The notes beneath the pieces were generated by a model that saw only the letters and a list, made by a program, of their open reading frames with translations, was not told the origin of the DNA and ran no database searches. Made by a program: the position numbers and the translations under genes. From contig CAISPD010000179.1 of the NCBI GenBank assembly GCA_903887275.1, positions 16,912 to 80,911 of the forward strand: a stretch of 64,000 bases of DNA, read 5' to 3'. Shown here in pieces: positions 28,283 through 37,916 of this stretch; the first letter of the stretch is position 1, and every line of letters starts with the position of its first letter. The DNA is from an uncultured Mucilaginibacter sp. GTDB lineage: Bacteria > Bacteroidota > Bacteroidia > Sphingobacteriales > Sphingobacteriaceae.

Positions 28283-28407
28283 CAAATTTATTATTCATTA
28301 TCACCCGATTCAATTTGCTTTTTTCCACACCCTGTGGAGTCAGTGCTCATTATTATTAGTTGTTTGCTTTAAATGACTGTTTAACAGTATATTGTAGCTG
28401 TGGAAAA
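28283..28407 (-). promoter_or_regulatory. nrdJ promoter with two perfect DnaA boxes
   Basis: -7 TAAATTTG (28290-28283), -33 ATTG (28314-28311); TTTTCCACA at 28321-28329 (+) and 28399-28407 (-) match TT(A/T)TNCACA. Confidence 0.6.
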
Positions 28408-28893
28408 CTAAAAAATGAAAAATTTAACCAAACTTTTCGCTTAATTTTGCTATGTTTTTGAGGATATACCGAAATGATATTTAAAACAGTAATTTCGACT
28501 TAAAAATTAACTTGTTAATTAAAAAGTTTAGAAATAATTAAACCATTGGTACGTTATAGACTCATATAATTAATAACCAAAAATTACGGATATGAAGTTA
28601 GTAGGAATTTATTGGGATTATTATTTTACCCGCCGCAGCCGTTTGATAAAAAAAGCTTGTAAGGCGAGGGTGTATTAGGGGGAGTTTTTGTTGCAGTAGT
28701 TATACTGGTTGTATTGGTTGTAGTATTAGTATTGGAAATGTTAGCCGGAATGATCTCAACTCGCTTTTTGAACCTGACAGGGACAGTATCCTCTACGCTC
28801 TTGATGGCTTGATACGCGATGCCAAAGCCCGTGAAAAAAGGGAGCATTTTCAGGATTTAACTGTGCAAGCTAAAAGCTGGCCGTGTACAAAAC

Positions 28894-28920
28894 CACGAGT
28901 TACGCTACGCTAAACTCGCG
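28894..28920. repeat. REP-like imperfect palindrome
   Basis: CACGAGTT...AACTCGCG. Confidence 0.5.
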
Positions 28921-28945
28921 GGAGCGTTGAGTAAAGTTAATGAAA

Positions 28946-28972
28946 TGTACTGTAGTTGCAAACTACAGTACA
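28946..28972. repeat. Perfect 12-bp palindrome TGTACTGTAGTT-GCA-AACTACAGTACA
   Basis: Directly visible. Confidence 0.8.
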
Positions 28973-29120
28973 AATATTCCCGACATACCTTACGTTTGAA
29001 TTCGTCACTGTACTTGCTTTGCCATTTACTCTTGTAGACCTTAGAATATCTCTCCATTTTTGTTTACTGACAACCAAAAAGCGGACAAGACCTTGTGTAA
29101 ACCTATTTCAGGACAAGACA
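28973..29120 (-). mobile_element. IS3-family left-end remnant with truncated OrfA
   Basis: Minus terminus TGTCTTGTCCTGAAATAGGTTTACAC (TG start, IS3-like), then ATG 29057 MERYSKVYKSKWQSKYSDEFKRKVCREYL (KYSxEFK OrfA-type start); similarity is lost at the palindrome. Confidence 0.65.
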
Positions 29121-29272
29121 GGTAGTTATCAATAGCGCATAACCTTAGAAAGAGGAAAGCCTGATAAAAAGGGCCTTTATGGGTTTTTTTTTAACGCAGG
29201 CTATAAAAACAACGATCCGAAACGGCTTGATGACATTTTTCCTCCAAACCTTCGTCGAAATCGTACACAAAT

Positions 29273-29306
29273 AAAAAAACCGCCCCATAATTAACTTATG
29301 AGACGG
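29273..29306 (-). terminator. pyk terminator
   Basis: Minus CCGTCTCATAA/TTATGGGGCGG followed by T-run. Confidence 0.75.
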
Positions 29307-29325
29307 CCTTTTAATTTGTCATTCA

Positions 29326-29370
29326 TGGAACCAACGTTCCAACATTTCAACGTTGCAACCTTCCAACCAA
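29326..29370. repeat. 8-nt periodic repeat (TTCCAAC-type)
   Basis: ccaacgtt ccaacatt tcaacgtt gcaacctt ccaacc. Confidence 0.7.
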
Positions 29371-30807
29371 TTACTCTACAACCGAAACCTTCAGCATATT
29401 GGTTTTGCCCTTTTTAGTAATCGGCACCGAAGCGGTATTGATCACAACATCACCTACTTCGATCAGGTTATTTGTTTTGAGTATATTATTAACGTCGGCT
29501 ATGGTTTGATCGGTGCTCTCCAGCTTGTCATAATAAAATGCTTTTACGCCCCAAACCAGGCTTAGCGCATTCAGCAGGTTTTTGTTTGATGTAAATATGT
29601 AAGTGCCTGCTTTAGGGCGGTGACTTGATATTTCAAAGGCAGTATATCCAGAAACTGTCATGGATACGATACCCACTGCATTGGTATGTTCAGCCAGGTA
29701 AACCGCCGAACCGCAAAGCGCATCGCTCAGGTAATTTGCCGGATCGGCCGGAAACTCAGGTTCGAGGGTTGTATTGAACGGATAACCCAGTTCTTCAACG
29801 TTCTTCACGATCTTAGCCATGGTCTCAATAACGATCAGCGGGAATTCGCCAACCGAAGTCTCACCGCTTAACATCACCGCATCAGCTCCGTCAAGAACCG
29901 AGTTGGCCACGTCGTTCACTTCCGCACGCGTAGGGCGGGGGGTAGTGATCATGGACTCGAGCATTTGTGTAGCTACAATAACAGGTTTTGAGGCAGCACG
30001 ACATTTACGCACGATCATTTTTTGTAATAATGGCACTTCTTCCAGGGGCATTTCAACACCCAGATCGCCGCGGGCAACCATTACACCATCAGTAGCAGCA
30101 ATAATGCCATCTATATTATCTATGGCTTCAGGCTTTTCTATTTTAGCTATTACACGTGCATTTTTATTGCTTTCGGCAATGATGCGTTTCAGGTCTATAA
30201 TATCTTCTGTGTTACGAACAAAAGAAAGTCCGATCCATTCCACATCATTTTTTAGCGCAAATTGCAGATTTACCAGGTCTTCTTCCGTTAAACTTGGGAT
30301 GGATACCTTGGTATTTGGCAGGTTAACACCTTTACGTGATGTAAGAATACCACCGTGAACTACTTCGCAAACAACAGTGTCTTTTCTGTTAGTTTCAATA
30401 ACACGCATCTGAATCTTGCCGTCATCCAGCAAAATAACTTCATCCGCCTGTACATCTTGTGGGAAGGTATCGTAGGTTATATAGATATTATTATCATCGC
30501 CAATACATTCGTGCGTTGTAATATTGATGCGTTTGCCGTTTACCAGGTGAATACCCCCGTCTTTTACCAATCCGATCCGGATCTTTGGGCCCTGTAAATC
30601 GGCCAGAATGCCCACATTTACTTTATATTGCTCGTTGATCTCGCGAATTGTATCAATAGTTGTTTGATGATCCTCGGGTCGGCCGTGCGAAAAATTGAGT
30701 CGGCAAACATTTACACCAGCCTTGATCATGGACCATAAAACGTCCTTATTGGTTGATGCCGGCCCCATTGTTGCTACAATTTTGGTACGGTTGTAAGATA
30801 ATTTCAT
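29371..30807 (-). CDS. pyk: Pyruvate kinase
   Basis: RLNFSHG, DLQGPKIR, AKIEK, MVARGDLGVE, ATQMLESM, MLSGET. Confidence 0.97.
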   Translation of the reverse strand: MKLSYNRTKIVATMGPASTNKDVLWSMIKAGVNVCRLNFSHGRPEDHQTTIDTIREINEQYKVNVGILADLQGPKIRIGLVKDGGIHLVNGKRINITTHECIGDDNNIYITYDTFPQDVQADEVILLDDGKIQMRVIETNRKDTVVCEVVHGGILTSRKGVNLPNTKVSIPSLTEEDLVNLQFALKNDVEWIGLSFVRNTEDIIDLKRIIAESNKNARVIAKIEKPEAIDNIDGIIAATDGVMVARGDLGVEMPLEEVPLLQKMIVRKCRAASKPVIVATQMLESMITTPRPTRAEVNDVANSVLDGADAVMLSGETSVGEFPLIVIETMAKIVKNVEELGYPFNTTLEPEFPADPANYLSDALCGSAVYLAEHTNAVGIVSMTVSGYTAFEISSHRPKAGTYIFTSNKNLLNALSLVWGVKAFYYDKLESTDQTIADVNNILKTNNLIEVGDVVINTASVPITKKGKTNMLKVSVVE

Positions 30808-30881
30808 ATATACTAGGTTAAAAAAAGGCTCTATATTAAAGTAACAAATTAGTGTTACAGATACACTTCTAAATTTCGGGG

Positions 30882-31307
30882 CTAAAATAACAGATTTTCC
30901 CGTGATTTAATTTTTTTTGGATCAATCTTTACGGCGGCAACAATTTCCTGGATCTTATTAAGCTCGGCCAGCACCTTTTCAAGTTCGTTATCGGTGATAT
31001 AATTTTTGATCATAATAAAAAAATCAACTTTGCGCATTTCCGGTATCAGGTAGCCGTCCGAGCCCTTGTTTGCAATAAAATAAAAGTCGGTTTCACTGGC
31101 TTCCCAATTGTATTCATATAACGAAAAATAGGCCGGCCCTGCGCCGTTAATAAGGTGTAATTCAAGGTCGGGGCTTTTAGTAAAACCGAAATTCAGGCGT
31201 TTATTGATATAATGGCAAGTGCGGTAATCGCGCAGTGAAGTTGTTATAGCGATTAGTACAAAATCGAGATCGATCTCAAACTTTAATGTTTTCCTGTTCA
31301 AAATCAC
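30882..31307 (-). CDS. IPExxxVDY-family protein
   Basis: LIPEMRKVDF motif. Confidence 0.85.
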   Translation of the reverse strand: MILNRKTLKFEIDLDFVLIAITTSLRDYRTCHYINKRLNFGFTKSPDLELHLINGAGPAYFSLYEYNWEASETDFYFIANKGSDGYLIPEMRKVDFFIMIKNYITDNELEKVLAELNKIQEIVAAVKIDPKKIKSRENLLF

Positions 31308-31451
31308 TAATTTTACCGCGTCAAAAATACGAATCGATCCTTCAGTAATAAAATATTGTTAGTTGTATTACAAAAGTTTTTAGATTTGATATTTGATAGA
31401 ATTTATCTTTCTTTGCACAGAATTTTTATTAATCATTAAACCATCAAAAGT

Positions 31452-31688
31452 ATGTCTGATATCGCTTCAAGAGTAAAAGCTATTATCGTAGAAAAATTGG
31501 GTGTTGACGAAAGTGAAGTTACACCTGAGGCTAGCTTCACCAATGATCTTGGTGCAGACTCGTTAGATACCGTGGAATTAATCATGGAATTTGAAAAAGA
31601 ATTTAACGTGGCTATACCTGACGATCAGGCAGAAACTATCGGTACTGTAGGCCAGGCTATCGCTTACCTTGAAAAAAACGTTAAATAA
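31452..31688 (+). CDS. acpP: Acyl carrier protein
   Basis: [14 protein letters not shown]. Confidence 0.98.
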   Translation: MSDIASRVKAIIVEKLGVDESEVTPEASFTNDLGADSLDTVELIMEFEKEFNVAIPDDQAETIGTVGQAIAYLEKNVK

Positions 31689-31707
31689 GCTCCCCCATCT
31701 TTATTAA

Positions 31708-32961
31708 ATGGAGTTTAAAAGAGTTGTTGTAACCGGGCTTGGGGCACTTACTCCTATTGGAAACAGCATCCCCGAATATTGGGAGGGCCTGATCAATGGA
31801 GTGAGTGGCGCTGCCCCCATTAAAAGTTTTGATACCACAAATTTCAAGACCAAGTTTGCTTGTGAGGTAAAGAACTTTGACGCCGATGCATTTTTAGGCC
31901 GAAAAGATGCCCGCAAACTTGATCCGTTTGTGCAGTACGCCTTATTTTCGACCGAGGAAGCGGTAAAAGATGCCGGGCTTGATTTCAGCAAGCTCGATGT
32001 TAATCGTATCGGCGTAATTTGGGGTTCAGGTATCGGAGGTTTAAAAACCTTCCTGGATGAAGTAACTGCATTTGCCAAGGGAGACGGAACACCACGCTTC
32101 AATCCTTTTTTCATTCCCAAAATGATTGCGGATATTGCTCCCGGCCATATTTCTATTAAATATGGATTGCGCGGACCTAATTTTACAACCGTTTCTGCTT
32201 GCGCATCTTCTAATAATTCACTGATTGATTCCTTCAATTATATTCGCCTGGGTAAAGCCAACATGTTTATAACAGGTGGCTCCGAAGCGATTATCAATGA
32301 AGCTGGTATCGGTGGATTCAATGCAATGCATGCGTTGTCTACCCGTAATGATGATCCGGCCACGGCATCACGCCCATTTGATCTTGATCGCGATGGTTTC
32401 GTTGCAGGTGAAGGTGCTGGTACCATTATTCTTGAAGAATTAGAACACGCCAAAGCTCGCGGTGCAAAAATTTATGCCGAAATGATTGGCGGAGGCATGA
32501 GTGCCGATGCTTACCACATGACAGCTCCACACCCTGAAGGTTTGGGCGCGGCATTGGTAATGCGGGCTGCATTGCAGGATGCCGGTATCACTACTTCGGA
32601 AATTGATTATGTGAATGTACACGGTACATCTACCCCAATTGGTGACCCGCAGGAAGTGAAGGCTATACAAGATACCTTCGGCGACGATATTTATCGTATC
32701 AATATCAGCTCAACCAAATCAATGACTGGCCATTTACTTGGTGCAGCTGGTGCCGTTGAAGCTATAGCCGCAATTTTGGCTATAAAGAATGATATTATTC
32801 CGCCAACCATCAACCACTTTACGGATGATCCGGCTTTTGATCCTAAAATTAATTTTACGTTCAATAAAGCTCAAAAGCGGATAGTTAGAGTGGCTCAAAG
32901 CAATGGCTTTGGCTTTGGCGGTCATAATGCTTCAGTGATATTTAAGAAATACCAAGATTAA
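31708..32961 (+). CDS. fabF: Beta-ketoacyl-ACP synthase II
   Basis: VSACAS, NVHGTST, MTGHLLGAAG, SNGFGFGG. Confidence 0.97.
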   Translation: MEFKRVVVTGLGALTPIGNSIPEYWEGLINGVSGAAPIKSFDTTNFKTKFACEVKNFDADAFLGRKDARKLDPFVQYALFSTEEAVKDAGLDFSKLDVNRIGVIWGSGIGGLKTFLDEVTAFAKGDGTPRFNPFFIPKMIADIAPGHISIKYGLRGPNFTTVSACASSNNSLIDSFNYIRLGKANMFITGGSEAIINEAGIGGFNAMHALSTRNDDPATASRPFDLDRDGFVAGEGAGTIILEELEHAKARGAKIYAEMIGGGMSADAYHMTAPHPEGLGAALVMRAALQDAGITTSEIDYVNVHGTSTPIGDPQEVKAIQDTFGDDIYRINISSTKSMTGHLLGAAGAVEAIAAILAIKNDIIPPTINHFTDDPAFDPKINFTFNKAQKRIVRVAQSNGFGFGGHNASVIFKKYQD

Positions 32962-32970
32962 TTTCCCTGG

Positions 32971-33696
32971 ATGCCGATCAGTAGGTTCTATAAGCTATAT
33001 CTATCGCCTAATAGAAAATATGTTAAGTCGTTAAAGAATTTGCTTGGCTTTGTGCCAGGCAATTTGTCGTTATACCGGCTTGCATTCCGCCATAAATCTG
33101 TGGCACAAAGTCTTAAAAATGGTATTAAGAACAGCAACGAGCGGCTGGAATTTTTAGGCGATGCTGTGCTGGGCAGCGTAGTGGCCGAGGTGCTTTTTAA
33201 ATTATACCCATATGAAGACGAAGGGTTTTTGACCGAACTTCGTTCCAAGATAGTAAACCGGGTAAATTTAAACCAGCTTGCACGTAAGCTTGGTTTTGAA
33301 CAACTGATTCAGTACGATACCCGTATGGTTAACTCAACCCGGCAAAGTTCTCTGCTGGGCGATGCGTTTGAAGCGCTTGTGGGCGCCGTTTACCTTGATA
33401 AAGGTTATGATTTTACCCGCAACTTTCTCATCAATCATATCATTAAATCCCATATTGATATCCACAAACTCGAGCAAACCGAGACCAATTTTAAAAGCAA
33501 ATTGATTGAATGGTGCCAGCGACATGCCAGAGATATAACCTTTGAACTGGTTGAGAATAAGGAAGGTGAGAGTAACAAACTATTTACCGTACAGGTATTG
33601 ATCGATGGCGAAATTATGGGTTCAGGTAAAGAATTCAACAAGAAAAATGCAGAAAAATTGGCTGCTGAAAAGGCATGTGAAGCGCTTTCAATTTAA
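32971..33696 (+). CDS. rnc: Ribonuclease III
   Basis: NERLEFLGDAVL; dsRBD. Confidence 0.97.
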   Translation: MPISRFYKLYLSPNRKYVKSLKNLLGFVPGNLSLYRLAFRHKSVAQSLKNGIKNSNERLEFLGDAVLGSVVAEVLFKLYPYEDEGFLTELRSKIVNRVNLNQLARKLGFEQLIQYDTRMVNSTRQSSLLGDAFEALVGAVYLDKGYDFTRNFLINHIIKSHIDIHKLEQTETNFKSKLIEWCQRHARDITFELVENKEGESNKLFTVQVLIDGEIMGSGKEFNKKNAEKLAAEKACEALSI

Positions 33697-33744
33697 TTTC
33701 AATCTCTTCTGCTCCCAAATAAACCTCTTTTCCGGCAGGTGATC

Positions 33745-34491
33745 TTATTCAGTTTTACTGGTTGGCTGAAAAATTTGCTGCGAATGGCTTTTATTTCTTT
33801 TATAAAAAGATAGGTTTTTCTTGATATAACTAATCAATTGGTAATCGTTCCATTCCTCAATGTCCTGATAGGAGGGGGTATAGAGCAGCATAAATTTGGT
33901 TACTTCTTCGTCTGGCAATTTGGTAATGTTCTTTACCAGGTCTTTGGTATATCTTTTGTCAACGGCTGTATTTTGCAGTTCAGCTTTCGCATATTCAGCA
34001 AAATGTCTTTCGTCTCTTGGTCCTTTGCCAAATATGTTGTACAAGCCTGTTAACGGAGAATTAAGAAACTCCCAAACTGGCAATGAATTTCCCTGGTTAA
34101 AAATGCCTTTGCTGTTATATTGCTTCATTACCTCTTTCAGTTCCTGCTTTTTTGTTTGACCAACTATCTTTACTTCCTTCAAAGCAAGCATCGGTTGCAA
34201 ACCAATCATCAGGTCGGCTTTGCTATCTACTCTTATCTTAAAGGGTGCATATTCTTTTTTTGTGATCAATAAGGTATCACCTATAGCAGTAACAATACTG
34301 AACATGCCCAGATCGTCGCTCATCATCACATTTTTATTATTTAAATCGGTTATCAAAGCCTGAGATATCCTGCCATCAGAGCCCGTCCTGAAAATGTAGC
34401 CATTTATTTTCAGCCCCGGCTGAGCCAGGGCACTATCGCAGAAGCCGAAAACAACTACTGCTATGCATACAAATGATTGAATGAACCTCAT
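33745..34491 (-). CDS. Exported hypothetical protein (carboxypeptidase-regulatory-like N-domain)
   Basis: Signal peptide; SDDLGMFSI...GDTLLI; LKEVKIVG; ATG 34491 within track ORF. Confidence 0.7.
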   Translation of the reverse strand: MRFIQSFVCIAVVVFGFCDSALAQPGLKINGYIFRTGSDGRISQALITDLNNKNVMMSDDLGMFSIVTAIGDTLLITKKEYAPFKIRVDSKADLMIGLQPMLALKEVKIVGQTKKQELKEVMKQYNSKGIFNQGNSLPVWEFLNSPLTGLYNIFGKGPRDERHFAEYAKAELQNTAVDKRYTKDLVKNITKLPDEEVTKFMLLYTPSYQDIEEWNDYQLISYIKKNLSFYKRNKSHSQQIFQPTSKTE

Positions 34492-34559
34492 AATCAAGCA
34501 CAAAACTAACAAATATGTGTGGTTAGAATTGTGAAAAGATGTTAAAGATGTTTAAGCAC

Positions 34560-34627
34560 GGAAGCCCGGAAGTCGGAAAGACGGAAAGTTTTTCTTGCGG
34601 ACTTGCGGACTTACCGACTTTCCGACT
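34560..34627. repeat. 8-nt periodic inverted repeat element
   Basis: AGTCGGAAAGACGGAAAG 34571-34588 vs CTTACCGACTTTCCGACT 34610-34627 (16/18 complementary). Confidence 0.75.
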
Positions 34628-34645
34628 AAAGAACTATCTTTGCAC

Positions 34646-35521
34646 ATGTTAAAATCAATGACAGGGTACGGCATAGCCGTTTTTGATTCGGGAAATACCA
34701 AGTATACCGTTGAGATCAAATCCCTGAACAGTAAATTCCTTGAATTGGGATTACGCATACCCAAATCATTCTCAGAAAAGGAATTCCAGCTTCGTAACGA
34801 ATGTAATAAGCAAATTGAACGTGGGAAGGTTAACCTATCTATCAATGTCGAAAAAGCAGACTCGACAGTAAAAGCTGCGGGTATAGACAAGGAGTTGTTA
34901 AAACACTATTTTGAACAATTAAAAACGGTAAGTACCGAACTGAATGAACCGGTTGCAAACCTTTTTCAACTGGCACTTGGTTTACCTGAAGTTGTTAAAT
35001 ATGAAGAGGAAACCATTTCTGAAGATGAATGGAAGGTTGTTGAAAAGGCATTTCAACAAGCACTGACCAATTTTCAGCGTTTCAGAGCGGATGAAGGGAA
35101 TGTACTTGAACAAGATATTAAATACCGTATAGGCATCATCGTTAAAAACCTGGAATTGGTTGAAGTGGAAGAACCTAAAAGGGTGCCAGTGATCAGGGAG
35201 CGCCTTAACCAGTTTTTGATTGAAGCCGTTAACCGGGATGCTATTGACCAGAACAGGTTTGAACAGGAGTTGATCTACTATATTGATAAGCTGGACATTA
35301 CGGAAGAAAAAATTCGCCTTAAGACACATTGCGATTACTTTTTGGAAACCCTTAAAAACGCCGATGCCAATGGTAAAAAGCTGGGTTTCATTTCCCAGGA
35401 AATTGGCCGCGAGATCAATACTATAGGCTCAAAAGCCAATGATGCCAATATTCAGAAACTGGTTGTTGGCATGAAGGAAGAATTGGAAAAGATCAAAGAA
35501 CAATTATTGAACGTTTTGTAA
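34646..35521 (+). CDS. yicC: YicC/YloC-family endoribonuclease
   Basis: MLKSMTGYG, KLDITEEKIRL, GKKLGFISQEIGREINTIGSK. Confidence 0.95.
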   Translation: MLKSMTGYGIAVFDSGNTKYTVEIKSLNSKFLELGLRIPKSFSEKEFQLRNECNKQIERGKVNLSINVEKADSTVKAAGIDKELLKHYFEQLKTVSTELNEPVANLFQLALGLPEVVKYEEETISEDEWKVVEKAFQQALTNFQRFRADEGNVLEQDIKYRIGIIVKNLELVEVEEPKRVPVIRERLNQFLIEAVNRDAIDQNRFEQELIYYIDKLDITEEKIRLKTHCDYFLETLKNADANGKKLGFISQEIGREINTIGSKANDANIQKLVVGMKEELEKIKEQLLNVL

Positions 35522-35613
35522 AGTTGAAAGGTTGAAATGCTGTAAAGTTGGAATGTTACTGTAACGCCAATGATTTAGAACCTTTCAACCTTCCAACATT
35601 ACAACCTTGCAAC
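35522..35613. repeat. 8-nt periodic inverted repeat element between yicC and gmk
   Basis: GTTGAAAGGTT 35523-35533 / AACCTTTCAAC 35579-35589 perfect, plus further octamers. Confidence 0.75.
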
Positions 35614-35615
35614 AA

Positions 35616-36185
35616 ATGAAAGAAGGAAAACTCATCATATTCTCAGCCCCCTCGGGCGCAGGAAAGACAACTATTGTGCAACACCTGCTTAAAAAAATAC
35701 CTCAGCTTGAGTTTTCGATATCGGCGACTACCCGTAAGCCACGGGGCGACGAAAAGGATGGGTCAGATTATTATTTTATCTCGAAAGAAGAGTTTCTACA
35801 CCGAATTGCCAAAAAACATTTTGTTGAATTTGAAGAGGTTTACACCGGAACTTTTTACGGAACGCTGCGTACCGAAATAGAGCGTATCTGGCAGGAAGAT
35901 AAGGTGGTAATATTTGATATTGATGTGGAAGGTGGCCTGCACCTGAAAAGAAAGTACGACGGATCGGCATTGGCGATATTTGTTCAACCACCATCATTGG
36001 AGGTTTTGAAACAGCGTTTGGCGGGCAGGGGGACGGATAGTCCGGAAAAATTGCAGGAACGCTTTGAGAAAGCAGCAAAAGAAATGAATTATGCACCGCA
36101 ATTTGATATTATCCTAAAAAATAACGATCTTCAAACGGCATGTGCGGAGGCAGAAGAATTAGTGCTGAATTTTCTCAAAAATTGA
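35616..36185 (+). CDS. gmk: Guanylate kinase
   Basis: SAPSGAGKTT, SATTRKPR, FYGT. Confidence 0.97.
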   Translation: MKEGKLIIFSAPSGAGKTTIVQHLLKKIPQLEFSISATTRKPRGDEKDGSDYYFISKEEFLHRIAKKHFVEFEEVYTGTFYGTLRTEIERIWQEDKVVIFDIDVEGGLHLKRKYDGSALAIFVQPPSLEVLKQRLAGRGTDSPEKLQERFEKAAKEMNYAPQFDIILKNNDLQTACAEAEELVLNFLKN

Positions 36186-36284
36186 TTAAGCCCATAGTTG
36201 GTGGCTCATTCCCTTGAGCCATGAAAGGGGTTCTGTAGGCTTAGCAGATTACTATGATCTATGAACTATTAACCATGGACTGAA

Positions 36285-36863
36285 ATGAAAATTGGTCTCT
36301 TATTTGGGTCATTTAACCCCATCCACATCGGGCATTTAATTATTGCCAATTACATGGCCAACCATACCGACCTCGACAAAGTTTGGTTGGTGGTATCGCC
36401 TCAAAACCCGTTAAAAAAGTACGGCGACCTGATCAATACCTACGATAGGCTGGAGATGGCCAAACTGGCTACCGATAACTCAAATAATATCAAAGTAAGC
36501 GATGTGGAGTTGAGATTACCGCAGCCTTCCTATACCATTGATACGCTGACCCACCTGAAAGAAAAATATCCTGAACATGAATTTGCCATTATCATGGGCT
36601 CGGATAACCTGGGAACCCTCCATAAATGGAAAAATTATAAGCTGATTTTGCGCGATTACCGCATTTACGTTTACCCCCGACCAGGGTACGAAAATGCCGA
36701 GTTTGCTAACCATCCTTCGGTTACTATTACTATGACACCGTTGATGGAGCTTTCGGCTTCCTTTATCCGCAAATCGCTGGCGGAGAAGAAGAACATTCAA
36801 TATTTTGTACCCGATCCGGTGCTTGAATTCATACAGAGCAAAAATCTTTATGGAAAAGGTTAA
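36285..36863 (+). CDS. nadD: Nicotinate-nucleotide adenylyltransferase
   Basis: GSFNPIHIGH, IIMGSDN, ELSASFIR. Confidence 0.96.
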   Translation: MKIGLLFGSFNPIHIGHLIIANYMANHTDLDKVWLVVSPQNPLKKYGDLINTYDRLEMAKLATDNSNNIKVSDVELRLPQPSYTIDTLTHLKEKYPEHEFAIIMGSDNLGTLHKWKNYKLILRDYRIYVYPRPGYENAEFANHPSVTITMTPLMELSASFIRKSLAEKKNIQYFVPDPVLEFIQSKNLYGKG

Positions 36864-36932
36864 TTAACGGTAAAACCTATAACTTTTTTTGCAGCATACC
36901 GTACAATACCAATACTTAACCTGGCGGAATTT

Positions 36933-37112
36933 ATGCAGCTCTCAAAAGAAAGATTACAATATTTTGTAAACCAAATGCCCGAATATATCGATGTAGTAGA
37001 ACTGATCGATAAAGTATTGTTAATGGCCAAAATTGAGCAGGCCGATGAACATGTACTTAACCAATACATCCCCGCCGACGATCTGGAAAAAGAAATGGAC
37101 CTTTGGGGGTAG
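36933..37112 (+). CDS. 59-aa small protein, addiction-module antitoxin-like
   Basis: Manual translation MQLSKERLQYFVNQMPEYIDVVELIDKVLLMAKIEQADEHVLNQYIPADDLEKEMDLWG; below the track cut-off. Confidence 0.6.
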   Translation: MQLSKERLQYFVNQMPEYIDVVELIDKVLLMAKIEQADEHVLNQYIPADDLEKEMDLWG

Positions 37113-37170
37113 AATTAGCATTAGGCATTGGTCATCAGGGATAACTACAACTTGCCTTACCATTCCCCCC

Positions 37171-37226
37171 TTAACCTTTCGTCTTTAACCTTTATCCTTT
37201 CTCCTTTAACCTTTCTCCTTTCGCCT
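37171..37226. repeat. Heptamer tandem repeat, 8 units (TTnnCCT)
   Basis: ttaacct ttcgtct ttaacct ttatcct ttctcct ttaacct ttctcct ttcgcct. Confidence 0.85.
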
Positions 37227-37246
37227 AATTAGGCTATTTTTGCCTT

Positions 37247-37846
37247 GTGAGCGAAAGAACCATCCTTAAACTTCAATTACCTACCGACCCGCTTTGGGTA
37301 AAGAACGTGGTAGAAAGCAATATCGAAGAGATACTGACCGATCACGCTTTTTGTGAGCAGAAAGCTGCAAGTAATGCTATAACACTTATCGTACAAAACC
37401 CCAATCTTTCAGATCTGGTGCAGGAAATGACGGCACTGGTTCAGGAAGAGATGGATCATTTTAAAAGAGTACATGAAATTATCCTGGAACGTGGTTTTGT
37501 ACTTGGCCGCGAAAGGAAAGATGATTATGTGAACGAACTGCGTAAGTTTTTGCCAAATGGCGGCAGCCGCGAGACACAATTGGTAGACCGTTTGCTATTT
37601 TCGGCTATGATCGAAGCGCGCAGTTGTGAGCGTTTTAAAGTAATGTCTGAAAATATAAGCGATAAACAATTATCAGCTTTTTACCATGAATTGATGATCA
37701 GCGAGGCCGGGCACTACACAATGTTTATTCGCCTGGCAAAAAAATATGCCGGCTCGGTTGATGTGGATAAGCGCTGGAAAGAGTTTTTAGCTTATGAAGC
37801 TCAGGTGATTCAGAATTATGGTAAAAAAGAAACTATCCACGGTTAA
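37247..37846 (+). CDS. miaE: tRNA-(ms2io6A) hydroxylase
   Basis: DHAFCEQKAA, EEMDHF, IEARSCERF, SEAGHY; GTG start. Confidence 0.92.
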   Translation: MSERTILKLQLPTDPLWVKNVVESNIEEILTDHAFCEQKAASNAITLIVQNPNLSDLVQEMTALVQEEMDHFKRVHEIILERGFVLGRERKDDYVNELRKFLPNGGSRETQLVDRLLFSAMIEARSCERFKVMSENISDKQLSAFYHELMISEAGHYTMFIRLAKKYAGSVDVDKRWKEFLAYEAQVIQNYGKKETIHG

Positions 37847-37916
37847 AAAATTTAAGCCTTCGTGTCCTCGGTGTTTTTTTCTCTGCTTCCTCTGTGGTTA
37901 AATATACGACGCGCAA

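Noticed and set aside
28382-28397. NrdR-box-like TAACAGTATATTGTAG
   Set aside because: Single imperfect copy; NrdR boxes normally come in tandem and the regulator may be absent in this phylum
28592-28913. Small ORFs (MKLVGIYWDYY..., Val-rich frame, Thr-rich track ORF 28626..28847)
   Set aside because: The compositional bias comes from the 9-nt GGTTGTA repeat at ~28690-28735; no coherent reading frame without invoking frameshifts
29152-29159. GAGGAAAG as RNase P RNA signature
   Set aside because: Lacks the following UCC and the 3' P4 partner
28228-29370. 1.1-kb AT-rich spacer as oriC
   Set aside because: Only two perfect DnaA boxes, both positioned at the nrdJ promoter; no dense box array; cannot compute genome skew
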